Notes under the pieces: generated by a model
Told to the model about the DNA's origin: nothing
Database searches by the model: none
What the model saw: only the letters and a program-made list of their open reading frames with translations
In this document: one piece after another, positions 20,697 to 31,362 of the stretch
How the letters are laid out: each line of letters starts with the position of its first letter
Numbering within the stretch: position 1 is the first letter of the stretch
Position numbers and translations under genes: made by a program
NCBI GenBank assembly: GCA_963775795.1
Contig: CAVZKC010000004.1
Location: 722,613 to 786,612 of the forward strand
From: an uncultured Actinomycetes bacterium
GTDB taxonomy: Bacteria > Actinomycetota > Acidimicrobiia > IMCC26256 > DASPTH01
Length of the DNA stretch: 64,000 nt
Direction: 5' to 3'

Positions 20697-21356
20697 TAGT
20701 GCTCCGATCCTTCGGTCTCGGCGCGCTCGTCGTCCTCGTCCGAATCGGCGGAGGCCTCGGCTTCGTCGATCTCGACCTCGGCCGGCTGCTCCGCTTCGTC
20801 CTCGTCGTGCGCCTCGACGAGGACGTCGGCCTCGTCGAGCACCTGACTCGTGATCGTGATCGTGATCGTGATCGTGATCGTGATCGTGATCGGCCGCCGC
20901 GGCACGACGCGATGCGGCGACTCGACGCCGACGGCTCACGCGTGACGGGCCGCCGGCTGCTGCCTCCCGCCGGCGCCGCCGCTCGAGCTCGTCGTCGCCG
21001 AACCGAGCGACCATGATCGTCACGTGACTGGTGCGCTTGCGGATGCGAGTGCCGCGGCCACGCGCCCGGGGCCGCCACCGCTTCATGGTGGGACCCTCGT
21101 CAGCGAACGCGCGCGACACGTAGAGCTCGTCCTCCGGGATGGAGTCGTTGTGCTCCGCGTTCGCGATCGCCGAGTCGAGCAGCTTCATCACCGCGTCGGC
21201 GGGGCCACGCTCGCAGAACCGGAGGATCTCGCGCGCCTCCACGACGTCCTTGCCGACGATGAGGCCCAGGACCTGGCGCACCTTGGTGGGTGACGTCCGG
21301 AAGTGCCGGAGCCGCGCGGCAGTCTCGCGTTCGGGAGCGACGGTGCGAGTTGCCAT
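20696..21356 (-). CDS. rplV: 50S ribosomal protein uL22, with core and acidic tail in different frames as assembled
   Basis: ATG 21356 forms a TGATG overlap with the rpsS stop. Core sequence: [29 protein letters not shown]...[14 protein letters not shown]. The tail [15 protein letters not shown](IT)7SQVLDEADV...ETEGSEH lies in the +1 frame. It ends at TAA 20698-20696, overlapping the rpsC ATG (TAATG). Confidence 0.8.
20851..20892 (-). repeat. perfect hexanucleotide microsatellite (TGATCG)7, equal to (GATCAC)7 on the coding strand
   Basis: Counted directly: seven tandem TGATCG units with no mismatch, each holding a GATC site. It lies inside the rplV 3' extension. Confidence 0.97.
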
Positions 21357-21634
21357 CAGCGACGACTCGATCGTTCCTGGCCCGCGTGGAACCGGAAGGT
21401 GCGGGTGGGCGCGAACTCGCCGAGCTTGTGGCCGACCATCGCCTCGGAGATGTAGACGGGCACGTGCTTGCGGCCGTCGTGCACCGCCAGGGTGTGCCCG
21501 ACCATGTCGGGGGTGACCGTCGATCGTCGTGACCACGTCTTGATCACCTTGCGCTCGTTGGCCGCGTTCATCGCGTCCACCTTCTTCTGGAGGTGGTCGT
21601 CGACGAACGGGCCCTTCTTCAGGCTGCGCGGCAT
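21356..21634 (-). CDS. rpsS: 30S ribosomal protein uS19
   Basis: Track ORF of 92 aa with [15 protein letters not shown] and [29 protein letters not shown]. Confidence 0.97.
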   Translation of the reverse strand: MPRSLKKGPFVDDHLQKKVDAMNAANERKVIKTWSRRSTVTPDMVGHTLAVHDGRKHVPVYISEAMVGHKLGEFAPTRTFRFHAGQERSSRR

Positions 21635-21637
21635 CCG

Positions 21638-22474
21638 TTACCTCCGAGCACCGCGGCCACGGCGGCGGCGAATGATGAGCTCGTCCGACTTCTTGCCCTT
21701 CTTGCGGGTGCGACCTTCGGGCTTGCCCCACGGCGACACCGGGTGGCGCCCGCCCGAGCTCTTGCCCTCGCCCCCGCCGAGCGGGTGATCGACCGGGTTC
21801 ATGGCCACGCCGCGCACATGGGGGCGCTTGCCCTGCCAGCGGGCCCGGCCCGCCTTCCCGACCTTCACGAGGCCCGCCTCGGCGTTCCCGACGGAGCCCA
21901 CCGTGCCCCGGCAGTCGATCGGGACGCGCCGCATCTCGGTCGAGGGGAGCCGCAGGGTTGCGAACTGGCCCTCTTTCGCGACCAGCTGGATCGCGGCGCC
22001 CGCGCCCCGCCCGAGCTTGCCGCCCGCACCCGGCTTCAGCTCGACGTTGTGGAGCACGGTCCCCACGGGGATGTAGCGCAACGGGAGGGCGTTCCCCGGA
22101 CGGATCTCCGAGCCCTGGCCGCTCTGCAACAGGTCGCCCACGTCGACGCCGGTCGGCGCCAGGATGTAGCGCTTCTCGCCGTCGAGGTAATGGAGCAACG
22201 CGATGCGGGCGTTCCGGTTGGGGTCGTACTCGATCGCGGCGACCTTGGCGGGCACGCCGTCCTTGTCGCGGCGGAAGTCGACGAGGCGGTACTTCTGCTT
22301 GTGGCCGCCACCACGGTGGCGCGAGGTCATGCGACCGTAGGAGTTACGACCGCCCGTGCGCGGCTTGGGCTTGGTGAGCGACCGCTCCGGCTTGTCGCGG
22401 GTGATCTCCGAGAAGTCGGAGACGGTCTGGAACCGCCGACCGGGGCTGGTGGGCTTGCGCTTGCGGACCGGCAT
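21638..22474 (-). CDS. rplB: 50S ribosomal protein uL2
   Basis: ATG 22474 lies inside track ORF 21638..22819. [18 protein letters not shown] and [31 protein letters not shown] are present. Confidence 0.97.
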   Translation of the reverse strand: MPVRKRKPTSPGRRFQTVSDFSEITRDKPERSLTKPKPRTGGRNSYGRMTSRHRGGGHKQKYRLVDFRRDKDGVPAKVAAIEYDPNRNARIALLHYLDGEKRYILAPTGVDVGDLLQSGQGSEIRPGNALPLRYIPVGTVLHNVELKPGAGGKLGRGAGAAIQLVAKEGQFATLRLPSTEMRRVPIDCRGTVGSVGNAEAGLVKVGKAGRARWQGKRPHVRGVAMNPVDHPLGGGEGKSSGGRHPVSPWGKPEGRTRKKGKKSDELIIRRRRGRGARR

Positions 22475-22476
22475 CG

Positions 22477-22773
22477 TCAGCTCCCGAAGATCTCGATGCT
22501 GTCGCCCTCGGCGAGGGAGACGACCGCACGCTTGGTCGAGGGGCGCGTGCCGAAGCCACCGGTACGGCGGTTGCGCTTGCGCTTGCCTCGTCGGTTGAGA
22601 GTGTTCACGTTGGTCACGCGCACGCCGAAGATCGACTCGACGGCCTGGCGGATCTCGATCTTGTTGGCGTTCTCCGCGACGACGAACGTGTACACGTTCC
22701 CGTCGAGCGCCGCATACGACTTCTCCGACACCACGGGGCGGAGGATCACGTCGCGGGGGTTCTTGACGCTCAC
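22477..22773 (-). CDS. rplW: 50S ribosomal protein uL23
   Basis: Track ORF of 98 aa with [23 protein letters not shown] and [18 protein letters not shown]. Confidence 0.95.
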   Translation of the reverse strand: MSVKNPRDVILRPVVSEKSYAALDGNVYTFVVAENANKIEIRQAVESIFGVRVTNVNTLNRRGKRKRNRRTGGFGTRPSTKRAVVSLAEGDSIEIFGS

Positions 22774-23483
22774 GCCACCTCACCTTCTCCCTGGTCGGTG
22801 GGCTCTTCCACCGCGACACTTTCCGAGGCGCCGTGCGCCGAGCCGCTGAAGTGGGCCACCGTTGCCTCGAGCGTCTCCTTGGTGAAGACGAGCCAGTCGT
22901 TCACGAGGACGTCGTAGGTGTTGAGCTCTTCGGGGATGACGAGTTGGACCCGCGCCCCGAGGTTGCGCAGCGACTTCCACACGGCTTCGTCGGTACGGGC
23001 GAGCACGACGAGCAGCCGCTCGTCCCGCTCCCCGGCCGTCCGCAGGCCGAGACCGCCCAACACACCGAGGCCGGCCTTGGTGCTCGGCGAGTCGAGACCC
23101 CATGAGTCGAGCACGAGCACCTTGTCGTCGGCGGCGCGGTCCGAGAGCGCGGAGCGCAACGCCAGACGGATCATCTTCTTGGGAGTGCGCTGGCGGTAGT
23201 CACGCGGCTTCGGGCCGTGAGCCACGCCGCCACCGCGCCAGTGCGGCGCGCGGATCGAGCCCTGCCGGGCCCGACCGGTGCCCTTCTGGCGCCACGGCTT
23301 CGCGCCGCCACCGGCGACCTCGGCGCGCGTCTTCGTGCTGTGTGTCCCGGCCCGGGCGGCGGCAAGCTGCGCAGTGACCACCTGGTGCATCACGGCCACG
23401 TTCGGCGTGATGCCGAACAGCTGGTCGGGCGCGTCGACGGTGCCCTTGCCCGCGCCCGTCGCAGACTTCACCGCGAGCTTCAT
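22770..23483 (-). CDS. rplD: 50S ribosomal protein uL4
   Basis: Track ORF of 237 aa with [37 protein letters not shown]. Confidence 0.95.
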   Translation of the reverse strand: MKLAVKSATGAGKGTVDAPDQLFGITPNVAVMHQVVTAQLAAARAGTHSTKTRAEVAGGGAKPWRQKGTGRARQGSIRAPHWRGGGVAHGPKPRDYRQRTPKKMIRLALRSALSDRAADDKVLVLDSWGLDSPSTKAGLGVLGGLGLRTAGERDERLLVVLARTDEAVWKSLRNLGARVQLVIPEELNTYDVLVNDWLVFTKETLEATVAHFSGSAHGASESVAVEEPTDQGEGEVA

Positions 23484-24133
23484 GCGGGGCTCCCGGCGGG
23501 CTTCTTGACCGCGTTGCGCACGAAGACCAGGCCGCCGTTCGGCCCCGGCACCGCTCCCTTGATGAGTAGGAGGCCGCGCTCGGCGTCACCCTCGACGACC
23601 TCGAGGTTGAGTGTGGTGGTGCGGGCGTTCCCGTGCTGGCCGGCCATGCGCATGCCCTTGAACACCCGGGCGGGCGTGGCGCACGCGCCTATCGAGCCCG
23701 GCGACCGATGCTTCTTGTGGTTGCCGTGGCTGGCGCCCTGGCCCTTGAAGTTGTGGCGTTGCATCGCGCCCGTGAATCCCTTGCCCTTGCTGATCCCGGT
23801 CACGTCGACGCGCTCGCCGGCGGCGAACACGTCGGGGCCGATCACCTGTCCGACTTCAAAGCCGGCAAGGTCGTCGACCCGCAGCTCGGCGAGGTGGCGT
23901 GACGGCGGGGAATCCGCCTTCTTCAGGTGACCGAGCTCGGGCTTGCTGAGACGCTGCTGCTTCGTCTCGCCGAACGCGAGCTGCACGGCGGCGTATCCGT
24001 CGCGTTCGGGCGTCTTCAGCTGCACCACATGACACGGCCCGGCCTCGATCACCGTCACCGGGACGACGCGGTTCTCGCTGTCCCAGATCTGGGTCATACC
24101 GAGCTTGCGCCCGAGGATCCCCTTGGAAGGCAT
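23480..24133 (-). CDS. rplC: 50S ribosomal protein uL3
   Basis: ATG 24133 (AGGAA upstream) lies inside track ORF 23480..24313. [29 protein letters not shown] and [22 protein letters not shown] are present. Confidence 0.96.
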   Translation of the reverse strand: MPSKGILGRKLGMTQIWDSENRVVPVTVIEAGPCHVVQLKTPERDGYAAVQLAFGETKQQRLSKPELGHLKKADSPPSRHLAELRVDDLAGFEVGQVIGPDVFAAGERVDVTGISKGKGFTGAMQRHNFKGQGASHGNHKKHRSPGSIGACATPARVFKGMRMAGQHGNARTTTLNLEVVEGDAERGLLLIKGAVPGPNGGLVFVRNAVKKPAGSPA

Positions 24134-24439
24134 GGTCGTTCCTGGTCTTGTCGTGCGGCGTCTTCGCGCGCTCTGCTCACGCGAACGCTCCGCCCGGTAT
24201 GGACCCGGCGGAGCGGTGATCGGTTGTGCCGTGCGGTTCTGCGGACGGGGCCGCAGCCTGCGCGGACGTCGGTTGACGAAAGGTTCCGGACGGGTGCCGG
24301 ACAGCTGGGGCACACCGGCGAGCCCCGAAAGACTAGCGGCTGCCCTTCCGGGCCGCCAAGCCGGTGGTGGCTCAGTTTGGGGGGATCAGCAGTCGCCCTC
24401 GTACTCGCTGACGCGGACCTGGTTCGGTTCCGGGCCGGT

Positions 24440-24470
<31 letters not shown>

Positions 24471-24475
24471 GGATC

Positions 24476-25407
24476 ATGCTGCGATACGCGCGACCGCGCT
24501 TGGTCGTCCCGTACCCTCTCGCCGTGTCCACGTCCTACGTCACGCCCCCCGAAGGTTGGACCCGCGAGGACGCGGGTGGCGTGGGGGCGTTCGTCACGCG
24601 AGAGACGTTCCGAGCCCCCGACGGCGCGGTCGTCACGTGGACGTCACGCGAGCATCGCAAGCAGGCGGGCCAGCTCGACGTCGGTCGCGGATCCACGTGG
24701 TGGGCACCGTCAGCGCTGGGCTGGTGGATCGGAGTCCTCTTCGCCGTCGGCGCGGCGTGCTTCACCGTGGGCGCGACGCCGGGATTCGCCGATGCGGTCG
24801 GCGCGGACACCGACGCGGTCACGTTCTTCGTGGGGTCACTCTTCTTCACCACTGCGGCGTTGCTCCAATACCTCCAGACGGTCAACGCGCCCGCGCGCTC
24901 GACGCCGCCGGGGTCGACGAACGGTTCCGGTTCTGGGCGTGGGAACCCGGGCGCATCGACTGGACGTCGAGCTCGGTGCAGCTCCTGGGAACGGTCTTCT
25001 TCAACGTCACCACGTTCGCCGCGCTCGACGCGACGCTCTCGACGCAGCAGGCAGAGCGCCTGGTGTGGGTGCCCGACGCCGCCGGCTCAGTGTGCTTTCT
25101 CGTCGCCAGCTGGCTGGCGTGGACAGAGGTCGCGCACAGCTCGTGGGCTTTTCGGCCCCGCAGCTTCTCGTGGTGGGTCGCGGGGCTGAACCTGCTGGGG
25201 TCCGTCGCCTTCGGCCTTGCGGCCGGCGCGTCGTTCATCGTGCCGACGACGGGCGAGCCGCGCAACGTCGATCTCGTGAACCTGGGCACCGCGATCGGTG
25301 GCCTGTGCTTCTTCGTCGGCGCGCTGTTGCTGCTCCCGGAACGCACCCGCGTCGCGCCGGTAAGAATGCACCCGACCAAGGAGGCCACCCGTGGCGCTGC
25401 ACCGTAA
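24476..25407 (+). pseudogene. integral membrane protein built from three 2-TM repeat units (YrhK-like?), frame-disrupted as assembled
   Basis: Frame a (track ORF 23927..25189, ATG 24476): STWWAPSALGWWIGVLFAVGAACFTVGA...FFVGSLFFTTAALLQYLQTVNAP. Frame b (ORF 24556..25407): FRFWAWEPGRIDWTSSSVQLLGTVFFNVTTFAAL...FSWWVAGLNLLGSVAFGLAAG...GLCFFVGALLLLPER. The frames meet near the G4 run 24910-24913. The family name is a guess from the motif pattern. Confidence 0.6.
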
Positions 25408-26776
25408 GACCGACGACGACACGCCGATCGAGCTCAACCCGATGTACTCCCAGCAGGGCGAGACGGTGCACGCTCCCCGCCACGCCCTGCCCAAGCACGA
25501 GCTCGATCCCGACGTCGCCTACCAGCTCCTCCACGACGAGCTGATGCTCGACGGCAACTCACGTCTCAACCTGGCCACATTCGTGACCACGTGGATGGAG
25601 CCGCAGGCGCAACGGCTCATGGCCGAGACGTTCGACAAGAACATGATCGACAAGGACGAGTACCCGCGCACCGCCGAGATCGAGCTGCGCTGTGTCAACA
25701 TGCTCAGCCGCCTGTGGAACTCACCCAGCTCCGAGGAGGCCACCGGCACGTCGACCACCGGGTCGAGCGAAGCCGCCATGCTCGGTGGGATGGCCCTGAA
25801 GTGGCGCTGGCGGGACCGTCAGCGAGCGGCCGGCAAGCCCACGGACCGTCCCAACATGGTGATGGGCGCCAACGTCCAGGTGTGCTGGGAGAAGTTCTGC
25901 CGCTACTGGGACGTCGAGGCGCGGCTGGTGCCGATGGAAGGGGACCGCTACCACCTCACCGCCGAGGCCGCGATCCCGCACTGCGACGAGAACACCATCG
26001 GCGTCGTGCCTGTCCTCGGGTCCACGTTCGACGGGAGCTACGAGCCGGTGGCGGAGATCTGCGCGGCGCTCGACACGCTCCAGGCCGACACCGGCCTCGA
26101 CGTCCCCGTGCACGTCGACGCGGCGTCGGGCGGATTCATCGCCCCGTTCCTCGATCCCGACATCGTGTGGGACTTCCGTCTTCCCCGGGTACAGTCGATC
26201 AACACCTCGGGGCACAAGTACGGGCTCGTCTACCCGGGCGTCGGCTGGGTGATCTGGCGCAATCCCGACGCTCTGCCGCAGGACCTCGTGTTCGACGTGA
26301 ACTACCTCGGCGGCGACATGCCCACCTTCGCGCTGAACTTCTCACGGCCGGGGAACCAGATCGCCGCGCAGTACTACAACTTCCTCCGCCTCGGGTTCGA
26401 GGGATACCAGCGCGTACAGCAGGCGTCGCGAGACGTCGCGCGCTACCTGGCCGACTCGATCGCGGGCATCGAGCCGTTCGAGCTGATCACCGATGGGAGC
26501 GAGCTCCCGGTGTTCGCGTTCACGATCAACCGGGACATCACGAACTGGTCGGTGTTCGACCTCTCCGAGCGCTTGCGCGACCGCGGCTGGTTGGTGCCGG
26601 CGTACAGCTTCCCCGAGAACCGCCAGGACCTCACGGCGTTGCGAATCGTCATCCGCAACGGCTTCTCGCGCGACCTCGCCGAGCTGTTGCTCGCCGACCT
26701 CAAGCGACACGTCGCCTACTTCGACCGCCTCACCTCCCCGCTTCCCGGCGACGGCAAGGCCAGCTTCAGCCACTGA
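25391..26776 (+). CDS. gadB: glutamate decarboxylase (PLP-dependent)
   Basis: Track ORF of 461 aa with a GTG start. [30 protein letters not shown] and the PLP-lysine motif [22 protein letters not shown] are present. Confidence 0.93.
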   Translation: MALHRKTDDDTPIELNPMYSQQGETVHAPRHALPKHELDPDVAYQLLHDELMLDGNSRLNLATFVTTWMEPQAQRLMAETFDKNMIDKDEYPRTAEIELRCVNMLSRLWNSPSSEEATGTSTTGSSEAAMLGGMALKWRWRDRQRAAGKPTDRPNMVMGANVQVCWEKFCRYWDVEARLVPMEGDRYHLTAEAAIPHCDENTIGVVPVLGSTFDGSYEPVAEICAALDTLQADTGLDVPVHVDAASGGFIAPFLDPDIVWDFRLPRVQSINTSGHKYGLVYPGVGWVIWRNPDALPQDLVFDVNYLGGDMPTFALNFSRPGNQIAAQYYNFLRLGFEGYQRVQQASRDVARYLADSIAGIEPFELITDGSELPVFAFTINRDITNWSVFDLSERLRDRGWLVPAYSFPENRQDLTALRIVIRNGFSRDLAELLLADLKRHVAYFDRLTSPLPGDGKASFSH

Positions 26777-26823
26777 CCGCGGCTGCGGCGGCCCCAACCC
26801 CCCAGAGCCGACGGTCCGCGCGC

Positions 26824-26848
26824 GCGGCAGCATCGCCGCGGCTGCCGC
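26824..26848. terminator. GC hairpin between convergent gadB and rpsJ (candidate bidirectional terminator)
   Basis: GCGGCAGC-N9-GCTGCCGC, an 8-bp stem. It lies 48 nt after the gadB stop and 29 nt after the rpsJ stop. There is no clear U-tract on either strand. Confidence 0.3.
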
Positions 26849-26876
26849 TCGGTCACGCCGCGAACGTTATCCCGGC

Positions 26877-27203
26877 TCAGACCTGCTGGATCTTGATCTC
26901 GATGTCGACGCCCGCAGGCAGGTCGAGGCGCTGGAGCGACTCGACCGTCTTGCTCGTCGGCTCGACGATGTCGAGGAGGCGCTTGTGGATCCTCATCTCG
27001 AAGTGCTCGCGCGAGTCCTTGTCGACGTGGGGTGAGCGCACGACGCAGTAGCGACGGATCTCGGTCGGGAGCGGCACGGGACCACGGACCTTCGCCTGGG
27101 TCCGCACGACGGTCTCGACGATCTTCTTCGTCGACTGGTCGATGATCTCGTGGTCGTAGGCCTTGAGCCGGATCCGGATCTTCTGACCCTTGGAATCTGC
27201 CAT
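26877..27203 (-). CDS. rpsJ: 30S ribosomal protein uS10
   Basis: Track ORF of 108 aa with [60 protein letters not shown]. Confidence 0.97.
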   Translation of the reverse strand: MADSKGQKIRIRLKAYDHEIIDQSTKKIVETVVRTQAKVRGPVPLPTEIRRYCVVRSPHVDKDSREHFEMRIHKRLLDIVEPTSKTVESLQRLDLPAGVDIEIKIQQV

Positions 27204-27241
27204 GGTCGTTCCTGCGTCTCCGGTTCCCGCGGTCGGCTCGA

Positions 27242-28432
27242 CTAGCTGATGACGTTCGTGACGACGCCGGAACCGACGGTGCGACCACCCTCGCGGATCG
27301 CGAAGCGGAGACCGTCGTCCATGGCGATCGGCTTCTGGAGCTCGACCGTCATCTCGGTGTTGTCTCCCGGCATCACCATCTCGACGCCTTCGGGCAGGTT
27401 GATGCTGCCGGTGACATCGGTGGTGCGGAAGTAGAACTGGGGGTGGTAGTTGCCGAAGAACGGCGTGTGCCGCCCGCCCTCTTCCTTCTTGAGCACGTAG
27501 ACCTGCGCGTTGAAGGTGGTGTGCGGAGTGATCGAGCCCGGCTTCGAGAGGACCTGGCCGCGCTCCACCTCCTCCTTCTTCGTTCCCCGGAGCAGCGCGC
27601 CGATGTTGTCGCCGGCGCGGCCTTCATCGAGCAGCTTGCGGAACATCTCGACGCCCGTGCAGGTGGTCTTCGTGGTGGGACGGAGCCCGACGATCTCGAT
27701 CTCCTCGCCGACCTTCACCATCCCGCGCTCGACGCGGCCGGTGACGACGGTGCCGCGGCCGGTGATCGAGAACACGTCCTCGATGGGCATGAGGAACGGC
27801 CTGTCGACGTCGCGCGCCGGCTCGGGGATGAAGGAGTCGACCGCCTCCATCAGCTCGAGGATCTTCGGCGTCCACTCGGGGTCACCTTCGAGCGCCTTGA
27901 GCGCTGACACGCGGACGATCGGCGTGTCGTCGCCAGGGAACTCGTACTCGTTCAGCAGCTCGCGCACCTCGAGCTCGACGAGCTCGAGGATCTCCTCGTC
28001 GTCGACCATGTCGGCCTTGTTCAGCGCCACGACGATCGAGGGCACGCCGACCTGGCGTGCGAGCAGCACGTGCTCACGCGTCTGGGGCATCGGGCCGTCC
28101 GTCGCGGCGACCACGAGGATCGCGCCGTCCATCTGGGCGGCACCCGTGATCATGTTCTTGATGTAGTCCGCGTGCCCGGGACAGTCGACGTGGGCGTAGT
28201 GACGGTTCGCCGTCTGGTACTCGACGTGGGCGATCGAGATCGTGATACCGCGAGCCTTCTCCTCGGGCGCCTTGTCGATCTGGTCGAAGGCCGCAAAGGA
28301 GTTGTTGGTCGGGTCGGCATCTGCCAGCACCTTGGTGATCGCGGCAGTCAGCGTGGTCTTGCCGTGGTCGATGTGGCCGACCGTGCCGATGTTGAGGTGC
28401 GGCTTGGTACGCTCGAACTTCGCCTTCGCCAT
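27242..28432 (-). CDS. tuf: elongation factor Tu
   Basis: Track ORF of 396 aa with [40 protein letters not shown] and NKADMVDD. Confidence 0.98.
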   Translation of the reverse strand: MAKAKFERTKPHLNIGTVGHIDHGKTTLTAAITKVLADADPTNNSFAAFDQIDKAPEEKARGITISIAHVEYQTANRHYAHVDCPGHADYIKNMITGAAQMDGAILVVAATDGPMPQTREHVLLARQVGVPSIVVALNKADMVDDEEILELVELEVRELLNEYEFPGDDTPIVRVSALKALEGDPEWTPKILELMEAVDSFIPEPARDVDRPFLMPIEDVFSITGRGTVVTGRVERGMVKVGEEIEIVGLRPTTKTTCTGVEMFRKLLDEGRAGDNIGALLRGTKKEEVERGQVLSKPGSITPHTTFNAQVYVLKKEEGGRHTPFFGNYHPQFYFRTTDVTGSINLPEGVEMVMPGDNTEMTVELQKPIAMDDGLRFAIREGGRTVGSGVVTNVIS

Positions 28433-28494
28433 TGGTCTTCCCTTTGCTCCTTACAGCCTCGTGGGCCTGACAGTTTCTCTGGATCGGGGCGTGG

Positions 28495-30582
28495 CTACTC
28501 GCCGCGAACGCGAGCGACGATCTCGTCTGCGATCGACTGCGGTACCTGCTGGTACGAGTCGAATTGCATGGTGTAGGTCGCGCGACCCTGGGTGCGCGAA
28601 CGAAGGTCCGTAGCGTAGCCGAACATCTCTCCGAGGGGCACTTGCGCCTGGACGAGGTGGGACGTGCCCCGCTGCTCCATCCCCTCGACCCGACCGCGCC
28701 GGGACGAGAGGTCGCCGATCACGTCACCCATGTAGTCCTCGGGGGTGACCACTTCGACCGCCATGATCGGCTCGAGGAGCACGGGCTTGGCCGCCCGGGC
28801 AGCCTTCTTGAAGGCCATCGAACCGGCGATCTTGAAGGCCATCTCGCTCGAGTCGACGTCGTGGTAGGACCCGTAGGTGAGGATCGCCCGCATGTCGACG
28901 AGCGGGTAGCCCGCCACCACGCCGCCTTCCATGGCTTCCTGGATCCCGGCGTCGACGGCGGGGATGTACTCGCGGGGGATGACCCCACCGGTGATCTTGT
29001 CGACGAACTCGTAGCCGCCCCCGGGTCCGGTCGGCTCGAGCGAGATGACGACGTGGCCGTACTGGCCCCGACCGCCCGTCTGGCGCACGTAGCGCTCCTC
29101 GATCTTCTCGACCGCCTCGGTGATGGTCTCGCGGTAGGCGACCTGGGGCTTGCCGACGTTGGCGGCGACGGAGAACTCCCGGACCATGCGGTCGACCAGG
29201 ACGTCGAGATGGAGCTCGCCCATTCCGGCGATGATCGTCTGGCCCGTCTCCTCGTCGGTGCGGACCTGGAAGGTCGGGTCCTCCTCCGACAGCGCGCCGA
29301 GCGCCTTGCCGAGCTTGTCCTGGTCGGTCTTCGTCTTCGGCTCGATGGCGACCGAGATCACCGGCTCGGGGAACTCCATGCGCTCGAGCACGATCGGGTG
29401 GGCCGGATCGCAGAGCGTGTCGCCGGTGGTGGTGTTCTTGAGACCCACCGCCGCGACGATGTCACCGGCGAACACAGCTTCCTTGTCTTCCCGGTGGTTG
29501 GCGTGCATCTGCAGCAGTCGACCGATGCGCTCCTTCTTGTCCTTCGTGGCGTTGAGCACCGGGCTTCCGGCCCCGAGCGTGCCCGAGTAGACGCGGAAGT
29601 AGGTGAGCTTCCCGACGTAGGGGTCGCTCATGATCTTGAACGCCAGCGCGGCGAACGGCTCGTCGTCGTCGGCCTTGCGCTCGCGCTCCTCCCCGGTCTT
29701 CACGTCGGAGCCGGCGATGCCCGCGACGTCGACCGGGCTCGGCAGGTAGTCGACGACCGCGTCGAGCAGCGGCTGCACGCCCTTGTTCTTGAACGCGGTG
29801 CCGCAGAGCACGGGCACCACGTCGCCGGAGATCGTCGCCGCGCGCACCGCCGCTCGCAGGTCGTCGGCGGTGATGTCCTCCTCGGCCACGTACTTCTCGA
29901 GCACGTTCTCGTCGAATTGGCTCACCACGTCGATCAGCTCGTGGCGGTACGTCTCGGCGTCGTCGGCGAGCTCGGCGGGGATGTCCACGGTCTCGTAGCT
30001 CTCGCCCATGCCGTCGTCCCACACCAGTGCCTTCATCGCGAGTAGATCGATGACCCCACGGAACTCGCTCTCCACCCCGATCGGCAGTTGGGTGATGGCG
30101 ACCGTCGCGTCGAGGCGGTCCTTGATCATCTCGACACAGCGGAAGAAGTCGGCTCCGACGCGGTCCATCTTGTTGACGAAGCACATGCGCGGCACGTCGT
30201 ACTTGTTTGCCTGCCGCCACACCGTCTCGGTCTGCGGCTCCACGCCCGCGACTGCGTCGAAGACCGCCACGGCGCCGTCGAGGACGCGCAGCGACCGCTC
30301 CACCTCGACGGTGAAGTCGACGTGGCCGGGTGTGTCGATGATGTTGATCCAGGTGTCACGCCACTTGCAGGTGGTCGCGGCAGACGTGATCGTGATGCCG
30401 CGTTCCTGCTCCTGGACCATCCAGTCCATGACCGCCGCGCCCTCGTGCACCTCGCCGATCTTGTAAGTGCGGCCGGTGTAGTAGAGGATGCGCTCGGTCG
30501 TCGTGGTCTTGCCCGCGTCGATGTGCGCCATGATCCCGATGTTGCGCACCCGCGCAAGAGGAACATCCCGAATCATCGCCAT
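28495..30582 (-). CDS. fusA: elongation factor G
   Basis: ATG 30582 lies inside track ORF 28495..30684, with AGGAGAG 8 nt upstream. [34 protein letters not shown] and NKMDR are present. Confidence 0.97.
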   Translation of the reverse strand: MAMIRDVPLARVRNIGIMAHIDAGKTTTTERILYYTGRTYKIGEVHEGAAVMDWMVQEQERGITITSAATTCKWRDTWINIIDTPGHVDFTVEVERSLRVLDGAVAVFDAVAGVEPQTETVWRQANKYDVPRMCFVNKMDRVGADFFRCVEMIKDRLDATVAITQLPIGVESEFRGVIDLLAMKALVWDDGMGESYETVDIPAELADDAETYRHELIDVVSQFDENVLEKYVAEEDITADDLRAAVRAATISGDVVPVLCGTAFKNKGVQPLLDAVVDYLPSPVDVAGIAGSDVKTGEERERKADDDEPFAALAFKIMSDPYVGKLTYFRVYSGTLGAGSPVLNATKDKKERIGRLLQMHANHREDKEAVFAGDIVAAVGLKNTTTGDTLCDPAHPIVLERMEFPEPVISVAIEPKTKTDQDKLGKALGALSEEDPTFQVRTDEETGQTIIAGMGELHLDVLVDRMVREFSVAANVGKPQVAYRETITEAVEKIEERYVRQTGGRGQYGHVVISLEPTGPGGGYEFVDKITGGVIPREYIPAVDAGIQEAMEGGVVAGYPLVDMRAILTYGSYHDVDSSEMAFKIAGSMAFKKAARAAKPVLLEPIMAVEVVTPEDYMGDVIGDLSSRRGRVEGMEQRGTSHLVQAQVPLGEMFGYATDLRSRTQGRATYTMQFDSYQQVPQSIADEIVARVRGE

Positions 30583-30616
30583 CAGCTCAACTCTCCTGAC
30601 ACTGCGTTCATCTCTG

Positions 30617-30636
30617 TTCTCTTCTCTTCTCTTCTC
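30617..30636 (-). repeat. pentanucleotide repeat (TTCTC)4, equal to (GAGAA)4 on the mRNA strand, in the fusA 5' leader
   Basis: Four perfect units inside a 26-nt all-pyrimidine run (30617-30642). It lies 35-60 nt upstream of the fusA ATG. Confidence 0.9.
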
Positions 30637-30884
30637 TCCCCCGACAAGTGGTTGCGCACGGGCGCTCCGTACGCGCCCCATCAAGCCCGACGCCGAGCGC
30701 AGCGAGGCGGAGGACCGCCGGTCACGCTGCGGGCCCTTGGCGCCCGCCGGTGAGACCCGGCCCGGTGAGCCGGTTCCCGCCGGAGGCGGGAATTGCAGGG
30801 CTCATCCGGAACAAGGGCGCCAGCCGGCAAGCCGGAGCCGGACCCCGCGCGACTAGCGCGACAGCGTGAGACGAGACATACGCA

Positions 30885-31355
30885 TCACCACCGGTAGTGC
30901 GCGAACGCCTTGTTGGACTCCGCCATCTTCTGGAGGTCATCCTTGCGCTTGATCGACGCACCGATGCCGTTGCTGGCGTCGAGCAACTCGTTGGCAAGCC
31001 GCTCGGCCATGGTCTTCTCCCGGCGTTGCCGGGAGTACCCGACGAGCCAACGCACCGCGAGCGTCGTCGCGCGCCGGGGGCGCACCTCGACCGGAACCTG
31101 GTAGGTGGCTCCACCCACACGTCGGCTTCGCACTTCGAGCGCGGGCCGCACGTTCTCGACCGCGCGCTTCAGCGTGGCGACGGGATCGCCGCCGGTCTTC
31201 TGCTCAATATCGGTCAGCGCGGTGTAGACGATCTGCTCCGCAGTGGAACGCTTCCCGCGTTGGAGGATCTTGTTGATGAGCTGCGTGACCACGACCGACC
31301 GGTAGACCGGGTCGGGCATGAGGTCTCGCCGCGCGGCCGGACCCTTGCGAGGCAT
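30885..31355 (-). CDS. rpsG: 30S ribosomal protein uS7
   Basis: ATG 31355 lies inside track ORF 30885..31460. [31 protein letters not shown] and NKAFAHYRW are present. Confidence 0.96.
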   Translation of the reverse strand: MPRKGPAARRDLMPDPVYRSVVVTQLINKILQRGKRSTAEQIVYTALTDIEQKTGGDPVATLKRAVENVRPALEVRSRRVGGATYQVPVEVRPRRATTLAVRWLVGYSRQRREKTMAERLANELLDASNGIGASIKRKDDLQKMAESNKAFAHYRW

Positions 31356-31362
31356 CCCTCTC

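Noticed and set aside
20851-20892. Tandem repeat considered as a CRISPR array or a His-rich (DH)7 metal-binding tail.
   Set aside because: The units are 6 nt with no spacers, so it is not a CRISPR array. The DH reading uses the rare GAT codon, and it lies in the frame that codon usage argues against.
20893-20935. Programmed ribosomal frameshifting as the explanation for the rplV break, and likewise for rplJ at 40226-40231.
   Set aside because: There is no X-XXY-YYZ slippery heptamer, no obvious hungry or stop codon for a +1 site, and no downstream pseudoknot that I can see. Five unrelated non-ribosomal genes in the window show the same kind of break.
19776-21731. A 651-aa ORF that would be a natural uL22-uS3 fusion protein.
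   Set aside because: The linker frame uses atypical A/T-ending codons. An alternative frame has normal codon usage and ends in a TAATG junction with the rpsC start. The 5' 125 codons are antisense-type read-through over rpsS.
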